A model generated the notes under the pieces. That model did not search any database and had not been told where the DNA came from. It worked only from the letters and a program-made list of their open reading frames with translations. A DNA stretch of 37,443 nt from Squatina squatina. Taxonomy: Eukaryota. The position numbers and the translations under genes are program-made. The stretch covers positions 1 through 37,443 of the forward strand of contig JARFOE010451567.1 in NCBI GenBank assembly GCA_031763465.1. The letters run 5' to 3'. Shown one piece after another: positions 10,341 through 21,342 of this stretch. How positions within the stretch are numbered: position 1 is the stretch's first letter; the number at the start of each line of letters is the position of its first letter.

Positions 10341-11371
10341 GAACTTACCCAGAAACTCTCCATCTTGTCAAATCCCATTTGCTGTGTTTGGCAATTCGCT
10401 GTGTGCGGCCGTATTTCCTGCAAAACAGAGTCGACACTTCAGAAACAGTCTGTGAAACTCTTCGGGTCTTCTGATGCCAGGAAAGTTTATTTAGCAATGT
10501 CAGATATTTCCCCCCTGTGTCTCTGGTCTCAGGTCGTGGGTGTGGGCGGTTCCATTCTGAGCGAAATCTCTTGGGTTACCCTTTAGGGCAATGACTGGGT
10601 CTGTACAGGTTGGGCGATGGAGAGCGGTGTGGGATTATATTAAGTATGAAAGAGTTAATGGCCATGTGTTTTCCAGAGACAGCCCCCAAATCAGTGATGG
10701 ACTCAGCTTCATAAATTCTCATTCTCAACTATCCGTCTGTGAACAGAACCATTAATCAGTTGATTCTTTATTCTGGTTTATAGAACGTTGCGCTCTCTGG
10801 CAAGCAGGAGCATGTCGTGTCAATTGTAATGCAGACGAGAGGACCATACATGGCAATTTCTGCGACGGTGGGCTCAGATGTTGCCAACCGATGGAGTAAA
10901 AGATCCGGTGATGGATTCCCACCAGGCTGAGCTCTCCACTTTCTCACTGAGTGATACCTTGTGGTCACGGGTAGCAGTTTCTCTATGATTGTTCATAACT
11001 CGTAACCCCTGACCCGGTAATACTGCTGTCTGAATAATAGGATGTACTCATAAATAAAACTTACTGCATTTGTCACAGCTACACATCCGTGTCTTGTTTC
11101 TCTTTTGGATCAGTGTGGGGATTACAAGGTGTTTGGGGTGGCATAAGGCTGGAAAAAGATATTGGAATCACAGGAAATGGGATGATGATGCACCACTGAA
11201 ATTATCTCTGCAAAGTGCCTGATGCATCCAGAAATGTATTGAGATAAGTTCTGTGTTCCAGAGTGTCAGCACACTGACCGTTCAGGGTTAGGGTTTCTCA
11301 GTTGAAAGAGTTTGTTCAGGCAGGTTGATGCAGACATACATCATGGCGGATCCAGAGACTGATTCGTGGGA

Positions 11372-11582
11372 AAGTGCAGAGGGAGCTTTACACTGTATCT
11401 AACCAGTCGTACAGTTACCTTTGGAAGTCTTTGATGGGAGAGTAAAGAGGGAGCTTTTCACTTCTTTTTACCATCCTTTACCTGCCCTGGGAGTTTTGAT
11501 GTGTCAGTGCAGAGGGAGCTTTACCCGCTCTGTTCCATTCTGTATCTACCCTTGGGATTCTTTGCCAGCACAGTATAGAGTA
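11372..11582 (+). repeat. About three decayed copies of a ~70-bp repeat (AGAGGGAGCTTTAC...CCTGGGAG..TTTGATG..ACAGTG)
   Basis: agagggagcttt recurs at about 11378, 11446 and 11511, each followed by ..cctg/ttggga..tttgatg. It resembles a common shark interspersed tandem repeat (recalled, not verified). Confidence 0.75.
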
Positions 11583-12265
11583 GGGGTGGGCCATTATTTG
11601 TGCGGGAGCACCAGTTAACAAGGTTGTGCTGAGCGGTGGAGAATCGCTCACCAATGTACCCACTGAGGGGCGAGTTCTGGCGTTCAGAGAACAATCGCCA
11701 GGTCACGTGCAGTCGCCTCAACAATGACACACGAATAACATTTATTGTCTTCACAGAAAACATTAAAGTTTATTAGTGGGGAATGAGAGATGGATTCTGC
11801 TTCCACTGCCAGTTGTAAACAAGTATCAGGCACAATCACAGCTAAAATTATTTTCACATTTAAAAATTGAACATGAAAGTCCAACTTTGATGGTTTTCAA
11901 AGTGGCTGAGAAATAATTACATGCCTCACAAGATAATTTGAACTGCAAATTGATACCCTGGTCAGCCATCAAATTGGGCTTGTTCATTGTCAACGTGTTT
12001 CCACTCCTGAGAAAAGCCAAGATGCCTGTAGAGTTTGCAGACATTCCCTGGAGAATCGCCACAAGTCAAGCAGCATTATAGTGCTCGCCTCCATCGCAAC
12101 TGCTGTCCGGTTCCATTTTTAAACAATAATCGATTAATTGTTGATGGAGAAAGCACAACGTTATCACAATGAAACACATTTGGAAAACTCACTATGTACA
12201 CCAATCTGATGTATTTTCTCACAAGGGTGATGCATAATTTTACTGTTTAGTTCCATTCCTTACAG

Positions 12266-12722
12266 GTAACCTGAATTTAATTGTGACCCAACACAAGAAA
12301 ACTGTGGTCTCTCCAAATGGGTCACTCATCACCTGGTGCCCATGGCAGTGCCAGATCGATTGGTCATTATCATCATCCTGATATGGAGGCTGTTTCCCGT
12401 GCTTATTTGGATCATGTTTTTGTGCTCCAATTCATTTTGCAGAAAATCCCAGTTTGTAAAGCTTATGCCATCCTGCTTCATGCAGTCACAGAATGTTCTG
12501 TTTGGTTCACATTGAATTTCGGCTTTGATCGATTTGTGACCAGATGTTGCCAGAAGCTGCAAATTTTAATCTTGCACCGAGACACCGGCAGCTGTGTTTC
12601 TGGGTGCAGTGAAACTGCTGAGCTTCTTAAAGTAATATTTTTGGTGTTCTATATTAAAAGGACGATACTGGATTCTACTTGTCTTTCCTTTTGTTATGGA
12701 AACTTTTTCGGGATTTGCATCA
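12266..12722 (+). pseudogene. GPR139-like GPCR pseudogene, 5' part of main exon (TM1-TM4)
   Basis: Acceptor ttccattccttacag| at 12265, then NL..IV...NCGLSKWVTHHLVPMAVPDRLVII...IPVCKAYAILLHAVTECSVWFTLNFGFDRFVTRCCQKL...CTE..AAVFLGAV..LS.LK. Contains the DRF motif and several frameshifts. Confidence 0.9.
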
Positions 12723-13609
12723 GTACCTGAAGGAAATAAAGTTGCACAACTATGGGGGAAGGGCGGGGGGAGTGGGTCTTGCTGTAAACCGGCACGGGCT
12801 CTTCCGGTCGAATAGTCTTCTTCCATTCTGTAACATTTCTATGATTCTATGAATTAACCCACATTAATCATCACGCTCCAGGCATTTACGCAGATGCACT
12901 ATGAGCCCATCTTAGCCTCCCTCTCATTTCCCCCAGCTGTCTCCATTTCTGAATTGCTCTTTATTTGAATGCTGTTTTCACTTCAGTCCCCTGTACAACT
13001 TGTATCCCACCTCCAATGCTCATCCTGGTAACCCTCCGCCTGCCAGCTTAGTGTAAACCATCTCCCACAACACCCGCTGAGCTGTCCACGAGGACAGAGG
13101 TCCCAGCACTCTTGAGCTGTGATGTGTCCGTCCTACACTTCCGTCCTGCCACAGGAATCTGAAGGCTGACCAGCTTGCTGGCTTCAGTAGATTGCATCCC
13201 AGTATTTAAAGGGATTAAAGTAGGAAAATAGTTTGTGCTTTAAACAGAATCTTCCAAAGCTCTCTCGATTCAGCAATTCTCACTACAGGTATCGTTGGTG
13301 GAATTTTATGTGAAGTTCCAAAACGGATTTCGATACGGTTCCTGAAGTGACTTTTGGCGAAAATTATTGAGTAAGCAATTGCATTCCAATTATGGACCTA
13401 GTTCGGAGATTGGATTGGCAGTGGAGGACAGAGAGTAGGGGGAATGGTTATCTACTCAAATTTCAGGGAATTGACGAGTGGTGTCTACTAGGCTCTGTGC
13501 TGGACCCACAACTGTTCACTATAATTACTATTGACTTAGAGAAAAGAATGCAGAGATATATATCCTGCTTACAGCCACATGGGCAGCGAAGTTGTCAATG
13601 ATTTCCAGT

Positions 13610-13880
13610 TTCTGGAGGGTAGATCTGTGGAGACTGGCAGGAGGGCAGTGGCATAGTCAAGGCTGGCGGGTTAAAGGCACTGATGAGGGCGGAGACAGGT
13701 GATATTACAAAGTTAGAAATGGGCGATCTTTGTAATAGAACGCAAATGAGGTAGTTAGATCAATTTGTGATCAAATATGACACCAAGATTGCGAACAGGA
13801 TTGGTCATCCTTGGACTTTTGGTGGGTAGAGCAATTGAATATATGTGAAGGGCATGAGTATGTGCCGTTCAAGCCCGGCA
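13610..13880 (-). mobile_element. L2-clade LINE RT C-terminal fragment (in copy A)
   Basis: gatcaaatatgacaccaagattgcgaac is antisense VRNLGVIFD and is identical to the block in 15425-15810. Confidence 0.75.
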
Positions 13881-14360
13881 TGCGTCAAGGGAGCTGCCCT
13901 CTCTCACTCTGTCGTGTACTAAGCCCACACACTGAGCAGGCAGATGCCAGGCTCCATGTCCATCGTGTGTACAGTGAGCATTGCTATCTCACCCATTGTG
14001 GTACTGAGCCCCCCAAACACAGCAGGAAGGTCCCAGGTTCAATATCTGGCCTGTGTTGAGTGAGCTACTCTCTCTCACCAGGTGAGGCAATGAGCCCCAC
14101 ATTTATAGCAGGATGAACTCAGGCTCCAATCCTGGCCTGTGCCCATTGCCCTGCCCTCATCTGTTGTGTCACTGAGCCACTAATATGGAACATTAAGATC
14201 CACTACTTCATGCCAGGCCTGTGCCCTCTGAGCTGCACTCTCTGAAACGGTGGGTTAATGATCTCCAGACCAAGGGGAACATTTTCTCAGCCTCCATGAG
14301 TGGCCTGTGCCCAGTCAGCTGCCCTCTCTCACTCATTGTTGTACTGAGCCGCACACAGAG
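13880..14360 (-). repeat. 86-bp satellite, reverse orientation
   Basis: gagctgccctctctcac...gtactgagcccc...gcagg...ccaggctccat units. Confidence 0.9.
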
Positions 14361-15424
14361 ATGGATCACTATATCATAATCCCATGTGAGTGCTTCCATG
14401 TTCAAAATCATGAGGGGTCTGGAAAGAGTAGAGATAGAGAAACTGTTCCCATTAGCGGTAGGATCGAGAAGCAGAGGACACAGATCTATGGTGATTAGCA
14501 AATGAAGCAAAGGTGGTGGAAGAAATACTTTTTTACACAACGACTGTTTGGGATGTGGAATTACCTGCCTGAAAGATGGTGGAGGTAGACTCAATCTTAA
14601 CTTTCAAAAGGTAGTTTGGTGAGAAACAGAATGATATTTTTCTGCAGAGCGACGGGGAAAGGGCGGGGGGAGGGGGATTAGCTGAGAGCTGGAATGGGCT
14701 CAACATGTCGAATGGCTTTCTATCGTGTTATTTCCATTCTATGATTCTAAGAATTCAGCAACATTAATCACTGAACTCCAGGCAATTATGGACATTCGCT
14801 CTGAACACATGTCATCCTCCCTCGCATTTCCCGCATCAGATTCCATATGTGAACCATCCTTTATTCTATTGCTGATATCTCTCCCAGTCCACTATACATA
14901 TCTCAGCTCCACTGTATCATCCTGGTCCCTGTCCCTCTGCCAGCTTATTGGCAACCATCTCCCACAACACACACGGTGAGCTGCCCATGAAGACATTGGT
15001 CCCAGCACTGTTTAGAGACTAATTTACTGGCCTGGTCAGATTGCACCCCAGGGTTTCTCAAGGATTAACTGAGAAAGCTTGCACGTGTTTTAACCGTCAT
15101 CTTCTGGAGCGATCAAGATTCATGAATTCTCCCTTTAGAATGTCTGTCGGGGTATTTTGTGTCATCATCCAGAGGGCATTCGATAAGATTCCTGTGAGAA
15201 TCTGTTGGATAATAATGCTCAAAACATTGAAGACAAATTATGGACTTGTTCGGAGATTGGATAGGCGGTGGATGTCTGAGAGTGAGGAACATGGTTGTGT
15301 TCTCAGTTTGAAGGGAAGTGACTCCTGGTGGCCAAAAGTGTCTGTGCTGATTCTACAACTGTTCACTAAAATTACAAATGACTGAGATCGAACAGTGCAG
15401 AGCCATATCACCAACTTACTGGCA

Positions 15425-15810
15425 GACAGGCAGCAGAGCTCTGAATGCTCTGAAGTTTATGGAGGGTGGAGCTGGGGAGGCTGGCAGTAGGAGATTGACA
15501 GAATCAAACCTACAGGTGATAAACGCATCGATGATGATTTCAGCTGCAGATACGTTGAGGTAAGAATGGAGATGGGCGATATTACGAAGGTGAAAATGGG
15601 GGATCTTTTTGATGATCCGCATATGAGGTTAGAAGCTCAATTCTCGATCAAATATGACACCAAGATTGCGAACCGCCTTGGGCAGCCTTGGATAGTTGCG
15701 CGGTAGAGAGATTGAATCTTTGGAAAGGGAACAGAGGTTGTGACCTGAACCGAAGATATTGGCATTGGTCTTCAAAATATTTAATTGTAGGAAATTTCTA
15801 CTTACCAGTG
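15425..15810 (-). mobile_element. L2-clade LINE ORF2 fragment
   Basis: Antisense VRNLGVIFDRELSF*PHMRIIKKIPHFHLRNIAHLHSYLNVSAAEIIIDAFITCRFDSVNLLLPA matches the L2 motif VRNLGVIFD..LSF..HI....K.A.FHLRNI.R.R..L....AE.L.HAF.TSRLDY.N.LL.GLP. Confidence 0.88.
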
Positions 15811-15824
15811 TAGAAAAAAACCAC

Positions 15825-16400
15825 GAAGCCTGTGCACATTGAGCTGCCCTCGCTCACCCGGTGTGGTACTGAGCCCCACAATCATATATCAGGAAAATCC
15901 CAGGCTTCTTGACCGGCTGGTGCTGAGTGAGCTGCACCGACCCGGTGTGGTACTGAGACCCATAATCTCACAGCAGTAAAATCCCAGGCTTCTTGCCTGG
16001 CCTGTGCCCAATAACCTGCCCTTAGTCACACGTTGTGGTACAGTGTACCTTGCAGAAAGTTGAAACATCCCAGGATCCATGCTTGGTCTGTGCCCATTGA
16101 GCTGCCCTCTCGCAAACCTTGTGGTACTGAGCTCCAAACAGAGAGCAGGAAGATCCCAGGATCCATGCCGGGCCTGTGCCTTTGAGCTGCTCTCTCTCTC
16201 TCAATCCGTGTGTCACTGAGCCCCACACATGTAGCAGCGTAACGTCAGGCTCCACTCCTGGCCTGTGCCCATTGCGCTCCTCTCATTGGTTGTGGTACTG
16301 AGCCGTCCAGGCAGAGCAGGACGATCACCGGCTCCACGCCTTTCCTTTGGCCCGTGAGCTGCCCTCTCTCACACATTGGTATACTGAGCAACACACTGAG
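15825..16400 (-). repeat. 86-bp satellite, reverse orientation
   Basis: Reverse-complement monomers, e.g. gagctgccctcgctcacccggtgtggtactgagcccc. Confidence 0.9.
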
Positions 16401-16429
16401 ATGGTTCACTATTTCATCAACCCAGGTGA

Positions 16430-17725
16430 CGATTTTCCCCTTCAAATTGATGAGCACTCTGGAAAGAGTCGATTGAGAGAAATTGTTCCCATTGGCGGTA
16501 CGGTGGCGAACCAGACTTCACAGATTTAAGGTCATTGGCAAAGGAAACAAAGGCAATGCAAGAAAATATTTGTTTATGCAGCGACTCTGTGGGACCTGGA
16601 ATGTCCGGCCTGAAAGGATGGTGGAGTCAGACTCAATCTTAACTTTCAAAATGGCAATGAATAAGAACGTGAGGGATTTACGTGTTTGCAGAGATATGGG
16701 GAAAGGGAGGGGGAGCGGGACTAGCTGAGAGCCGGCATGGGCTCGACAGGTCGAATGGCCTTGTTCTGTGCTATAGGTGTTATATGATTCTACGAATTCT
16801 ACGAATTCCTCTCGCTCCAGGCATTTATGCACAAACACTCAGGACCCATGTCAATCTCCCCAGCATTTCCTCCATCTGAGTCGACTTCTGAAGCACTCTT
16901 TATTCTGTTGCTGATATCTCTCCCAGTCCTCTGTGCATATCTCTTCTGCAATGTATCGTCCTGTTGACACTCCCCTGGCAGTTTAATTTAAACTATCTCC
17001 CACAGCACTCGCCGAACTGCCCGTGAGGACATTGGTCCCAGCACTGTTGAGTTGCAATCTCTCCATCTTATACATGACCCACCTGCCACAGGAATCTGAA
17101 GGCTGAGCTAATCCCTGGCCTGGTCAGATTGCACCCGCGGGTATCCAGGGAATTAACTGGGAAATATTGAAGGCGTGTTTGTCCATGATCTTCCTAAGCT
17201 ATCTCCATTCAGGAATTCTCCCTTCAGATTGTTTATCGTTTTTTTTAATCATTCAGAGGGCCTTCGGTAATGTTCCTGTAAGAGACTGTCAGCTGAAATT
17301 AATGGTAAAAGAATGGAAAGGAAATTATGGACCGAATTTGGAGGGTGGTTATGCGGTGGAAGAGAGAGAGCAGAGAAAATTGTTAAAGTCTCAGTTTGGA
17401 GGAAAGTGACACGGCTAATGCCCAGTGAGCTCCCCATCTCACCCGGTGTGGTCCTGAGCCCCACAAAAAGAGGAGGAAGATCCCAGTCTCCATGCATGGC
17501 CTGTGCCCAGTGAGCTGCCCTCTCTCACTCGGTGTGGTACTGAGCCCCATAAAAAGAGGAGGAAGATCCCATTTACCATGCATGGCCTGTGCCCAGTGAA
17601 CTGCCCTCTCTCAATCTGCGTGCTTCTGAGCCCCACATAAAGAGGAGGAAAATACCAGTCTCCTTGCACGACCTGTTCCCAGTGTCCTGTCCTTTCTGAA
17701 ATCGTGTGCTGCTGAAGCCTACACA
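16430..17725 (+). repeat. Composite duplicon copy C (lacks the L2 piece)
   Basis: CR1 3' end about 16440-16805, antisense ORF1 end about 16806-17103 (GRWVMYKMERLQLNSAGTNVLTGSSASAVGDSLN*, like the CR1 esterase motif DGLHLN..GT.VL), RT piece to about 17412, satellite(-) 17415-17725. Confidence 0.85.
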
Positions 17726-17869
17726 CGGGGCAGGAAGCTCGGATGAGGAGGAGGAGCGACAGCGAGCGGGAGACCAGGATTAAACAGAGCGGGGCCCACA
17801 GAGAGGCCTCAGACCCGGCGGCGGAGCGGAGGAGGAGAAGCGACAGCGAGCTGCAAACCTCGGCCATGC

Positions 17870-19460
17870 CTTAACACCTCCAGGCTTGACAATGCCAATG
17901 CACTCCTGCCGGCCTCCCTAATTCTACGCTCCCTAAAATTGATATCGTTCGAAACACTGCCCGTGTGCCTGTAACTTGTATATATTGTTTTTTCGAATTC
18001 AATAACAAATATATTGAACAGATGTCGGTCCAGCATATTTGGAAACCTCCAGTCACTCTCCCCCTAACTGAGAAGATGCCCATTTTGCCGCTTCTCTGTT
18101 TTCCGCTGCCTATGTAATCTCCGAACTCGATCCATAATTTGTGTTCGCCTCCTTGAGCATTAACTTTAGCCAAAAGGCTTGTACAGGATTCTTATTGAAA
18201 GCCTTTTGGATGTTCACATAAAATACACCCGTTGACCCTCTCAAACACGAATCCCTGAATCGAGAGAGCTTTGGAAGAATATGGCGAAAGCACCTGCAAT
18301 GTTCCTCATTTCATCTGGTTAAAATCCTCTGGTCCAGGGAATTGGTCAGTCTTCAGCTTCCTGGGGCAGGAAGGGCCTGTCGAAGTCAGACATGTTGCAC
18401 CTCCAAAGCACTGGGATCAATGGCCTCGCTGGCAGCTTGGCGAGTTTTGCGTGAGATGGTTTAAGCTAAGCTGGTAGGGAGAGGGGCAGCAGCATGAAGC
18501 ATTAGAGAGGAGATACAAGTTCTAAAGAGGGGTGGGAGAGACAGCAGCAAGAGAGTAAAGAGTTGTCCAGAAATGGAAACAACGGGGCAAATCTGAGGCT
18601 GAATAAGATGGGTTCAGAATGCATGTCCATAAATGCCTAGAGCGTACTGGTTAGTATTGGTGCATTCATAGAATCATAGAATTGTTATAGCATGGAGGAA
18701 GGCCATTCGGCCCGTCGAGCCCATGCCGGTTAACAGCAATTCACATTCCGCGACTCCTTTCACAATTACCCTGCATTTTGTTCCTTCACGTACTTATCCA
18801 ACTCGTTTTGAAAGCAAAAATTGAGTCTCCCTCCAGCCTTTCAGGCAGTGTGTTGATGTTGCCAACCACTCGCTGTGTAAACAAAGTTTTTCCTTGCAGC
18901 GCCATTTGTTCCTTTGACAAGCACCTTAACTCTGTGTCCTCTGGTTCTTGACCCTTCCACTGATGGGAACAATTTATCTCTATCTGCTCGGCCCAGACCC
19001 CTCATCAGTTTGAAGTTACAAGTAGTCACGTGGGATTATAATATAGTGGCAGAAAGGAGTACTTGGCTTAAAGAAGGGAAATGAACGCGACTTAATACTC
19101 CAGGCTATAATGTGTTCAGGGAAGGCAGGGGTAGAGAAGAAGCGTGGTGGGGTGAGATTATCAATCAATGATACTGATTCAAAGCTGGAAAGGGTGGAAC
19201 TATTTGAGGTTTCAAAGAGAAATTTGATTTTGTGAGAATTAAAGAATAATGGAGGAATCATTAGGTTTATGCTACAGGCCAACAATTAGTGAGGAGGATG
19301 GAGAGCAGCAAATTTGCAAGAAAATTGCAGCGACATGGAAGAGCCTTTGAATCGTGGTCATGAGGGGCTTAATTATTATAATACACGCTCGGAAAATAAC
19401 AATGTATAGGACTACGAGTGGTGGTGGTGGGGAGAGGAGATATTCCTGAATTGCGAAAAA
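17870..19460 (-). repeat. Composite duplicon copy D, inverted relative to A-C and more complete
   Basis: L2 piece(+) at about 17870 (TSRLDNANALLPA), RT piece(-) to about 18340, CR1 ORF1 end(+) about 18350-18665, CR1 3' end(-) 18667-19015 starting catagaatcatagaa, CR1 endonuclease(+) 19016-19460. Confidence 0.85.
19016..19460 (+). mobile_element. CR1 ORF2 AP-endonuclease fragment
   Basis: TWDYNIVA..TWLKEG....LNTPGYNVFR.GR...KRGGV...I, then decayed YRP and VVM.G.N motifs. Confidence 0.8.
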
Positions 19461-19596
19461 GAAAGCCAGCCCATCAAGCTTGGATTCCGTGCTGTAGCTT
19501 GTTGTGGTGAATGTATTTACATTATTGTCTGGAATGCAATGCTTCAAAGACTGCTGGAAGCAGACGAGTTAATAACTGTCAATAGCGATTTAGTTC

Positions 19597-19613
19597 GAGA
19601 GAGACAGAGAGAA

Positions 19614-19669
<56 letters not shown>

Positions 19670-19791
19670 AGTTGTGAGAAAATGTGTCTGTGAGTGAAAG
19701 ATTGAGGAAGAGAGAAGTTTCAGACAGGCCAGGCAAGAGCGCGTGTGTGCGAGAGCGAGAGGGACAGATAGGGGCAGGCCTGGGGAGAGAT

Positions 19792-19824
<33 letters not shown>

Positions 19825-20612
19825 TTGTGTGTCAGAGAGTGAGAGAGTGAACTTTCAGGCAGGCGAGGCGAGAGAATGTGTGAGTGAGAGAGAGAGAGAC
19901 GGGGTTGAGGCAGTCCAGGTGGGAGAGTGAGTGAATGAGATGGATAGTGAAAGAATGAGAGAGTCAGACAGGACAGTTGAGAGAATGAGAGATGAAGAGA
20001 AAGAAAGAGTGAGATAGAGACAGCATTCAGGAAGGACACACGAGATAGTGAGCGAAGGTGAGAGGGGGAGAAAGAGTTGAGGCAGGGCAGGCGAGAGAAT
20101 GATACAGAGAATGTTAAGCAAAATGTGAGGCTGGCATGTCGGGTGCATTAATATGAGAGAGGAAGGGAGAGAAGGAGAAAGAGAGAGAGAGTGAGAGAGA
20201 GAGAGAGAGAGAAGTAAGGTAGCCTAGGAGAGAAAGGGAGAAATGGTGCTGAGGCAAACTAGGCGAGAGAATGAAACAGAGCGAGAGAGTGAGTGAGGCT
20301 CGGAAGGAAGGAGAGAGGGAGTGATTGGTTTTGATCGTGAGTGAAAGAAAGAGAGAGGTGAGACAGACGAGACTCAATAAAGATTGGTGTTATCATGAGT
20401 GAGAAAGAGAGAGTGAGTGAGCGAGATGGGAGAGTGAGGTGAGCAAGGCCAGGCAAGAGACTGAGTGTGTATGAGAAATGATGAGGGAGAGAGAGAGGTG
20501 AGGCAAGAGAGTGAGTGTGTATGAGAGATGACGAGGGAGAGAGAGAGGTGAGGCAAGAGACTGAGTGTGTATGAGAGATGACGAGGGAGAGAGAGAGGTG
20601 AGGCAAGAGAGT
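19597..20612 (+). repeat. GA-rich low-complexity tract with (GA)n and (GT)n microsatellites and a recurring AGGCAGGCCAGGCGAGAGA-like motif
   Basis: (GA)n at about 19617-19665 and (GT)n at about 19795-19832. It is the counterpart of the CT-rich tract at 35990-36520. Confidence 0.95.
20452..20612 (+). repeat. 50-bp tandem repeat, 3.2 near-identical copies
   Basis: GGCAAGAGA(C/G)TGAGTGTGTATGAGA(A/G)ATGA(T/C)GAGGGAGAGAGAGAGGTGA at 20452, 20502 and 20552, partial at 20602. Confidence 0.95.
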
Positions 20613-21115
20613 GACTGAGCTTTGCCCAATGGAAAATGTGTTACTTTGAACAATTTGTCCGGATACATGTGTTAATATTTATTGCAGATTTGTGGGAGAA
20701 TTTAATTGCACAAAGAATGTCTCTGGTGTTGTTCTATTTTCTGCAAGGCGTTCGTTGATTCAGTTAGTATTACACGTGGAATGAGTGAATATTCAAACGA
20801 GTTTCTGTCAAGCAGGGTCTTTGGCAGTGTTTAATTGATTACTGTCACCCATTGGCAGTCGAATAGTTCGAACAGTGTGTCTCAGTAAGTGAGATTATCT
20901 CAACCTGTGATCTTTGCCAGGGTGTTAATATTCCGGAGCTCAGCGGGAATGTTTCAAATACAAAGCGTTCCTCTGGCGGTGGGGTATCATGTACACAGTG
21001 TGTCAATGAATATGATAAAACTAACTTACATCACTGGGCCAGCAGGGAAGAGCTGGACGGTGAGACTATTGGGCGGAATTGAATTCTGATGTGGTAAATT
21101 ACTCCATTCTTTGCA
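20613..21115 (-). repeat. Duplicated GPCR 3' flank, copy 2
   Basis: Collinear with 5285-5806. Confidence 0.85.
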
Positions 21116-21342
21116 TCACTTCACATATTTTACAATTGCAGTAAAGTGATATATAATCATATTCTACAACTGCTCTCTGATCTTAGAAAGGGCTTCAATG
21201 CAAGTGTCTCTGCAGCAACTCAGGAGCTGGAGCATGAAGCCCATTTCCTGCACAAAATAATGAAGAGATAGAGACTGATACCGCATAATCTGCATTCATT
21301 CGCTTATAATAAAAAGGAAAAACACAGTCCAAAACAATAGGA
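21116..21342 (-). pseudogene. GPR139-like GPCR pseudogene, TM6-TM7 and C-terminus
   Basis: Antisense ...YQSLSLHYFVQEMGFMLQLLSCCRDTCIEALSKIREQL*NMIIYHFTAIVKYVK*. ctgcagcaactcaggagctggagcatgaa is identical to 5907-5935. Confidence 0.85.

Larger units (their letters stand above)
12723..14390 (+). repeat. Composite duplicon copy A: CR1 3' tail(+), CR1 ORF1 end(-), CR1 RT piece(+), L2 piece(-), 86-bp satellite(-)
   Basis: Same order of parts and same junctions as 14390-16430 and 16430-17725, and the inverse of 17870-19460. Tail TTCTATGATTCTATGA at about 12837-12852. Confidence 0.85.
14390..16430 (+). repeat. Composite duplicon copy B
   Basis: CR1 3' end 14397-14748 (FKIMRGLERVEIEKLFPL), antisense ORF1 end about 14750-15012, RT piece about 15040-15420 (QRAFDKIP), L2 15425-15810, satellite(-) 15825-16400. 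Confidence 0.85.

Noticed and set aside
11030-11065. Minus-strand GTAAG...TTCAG mini-intron
   Set aside because: It is only about 35 nt, too short for a vertebrate intron, and the flanking exons cannot be supported.
19590-20668. Ser/Leu-rich minus-strand ORFs
   Set aside because: They are translations of GA/GT microsatellite and low-complexity DNA.
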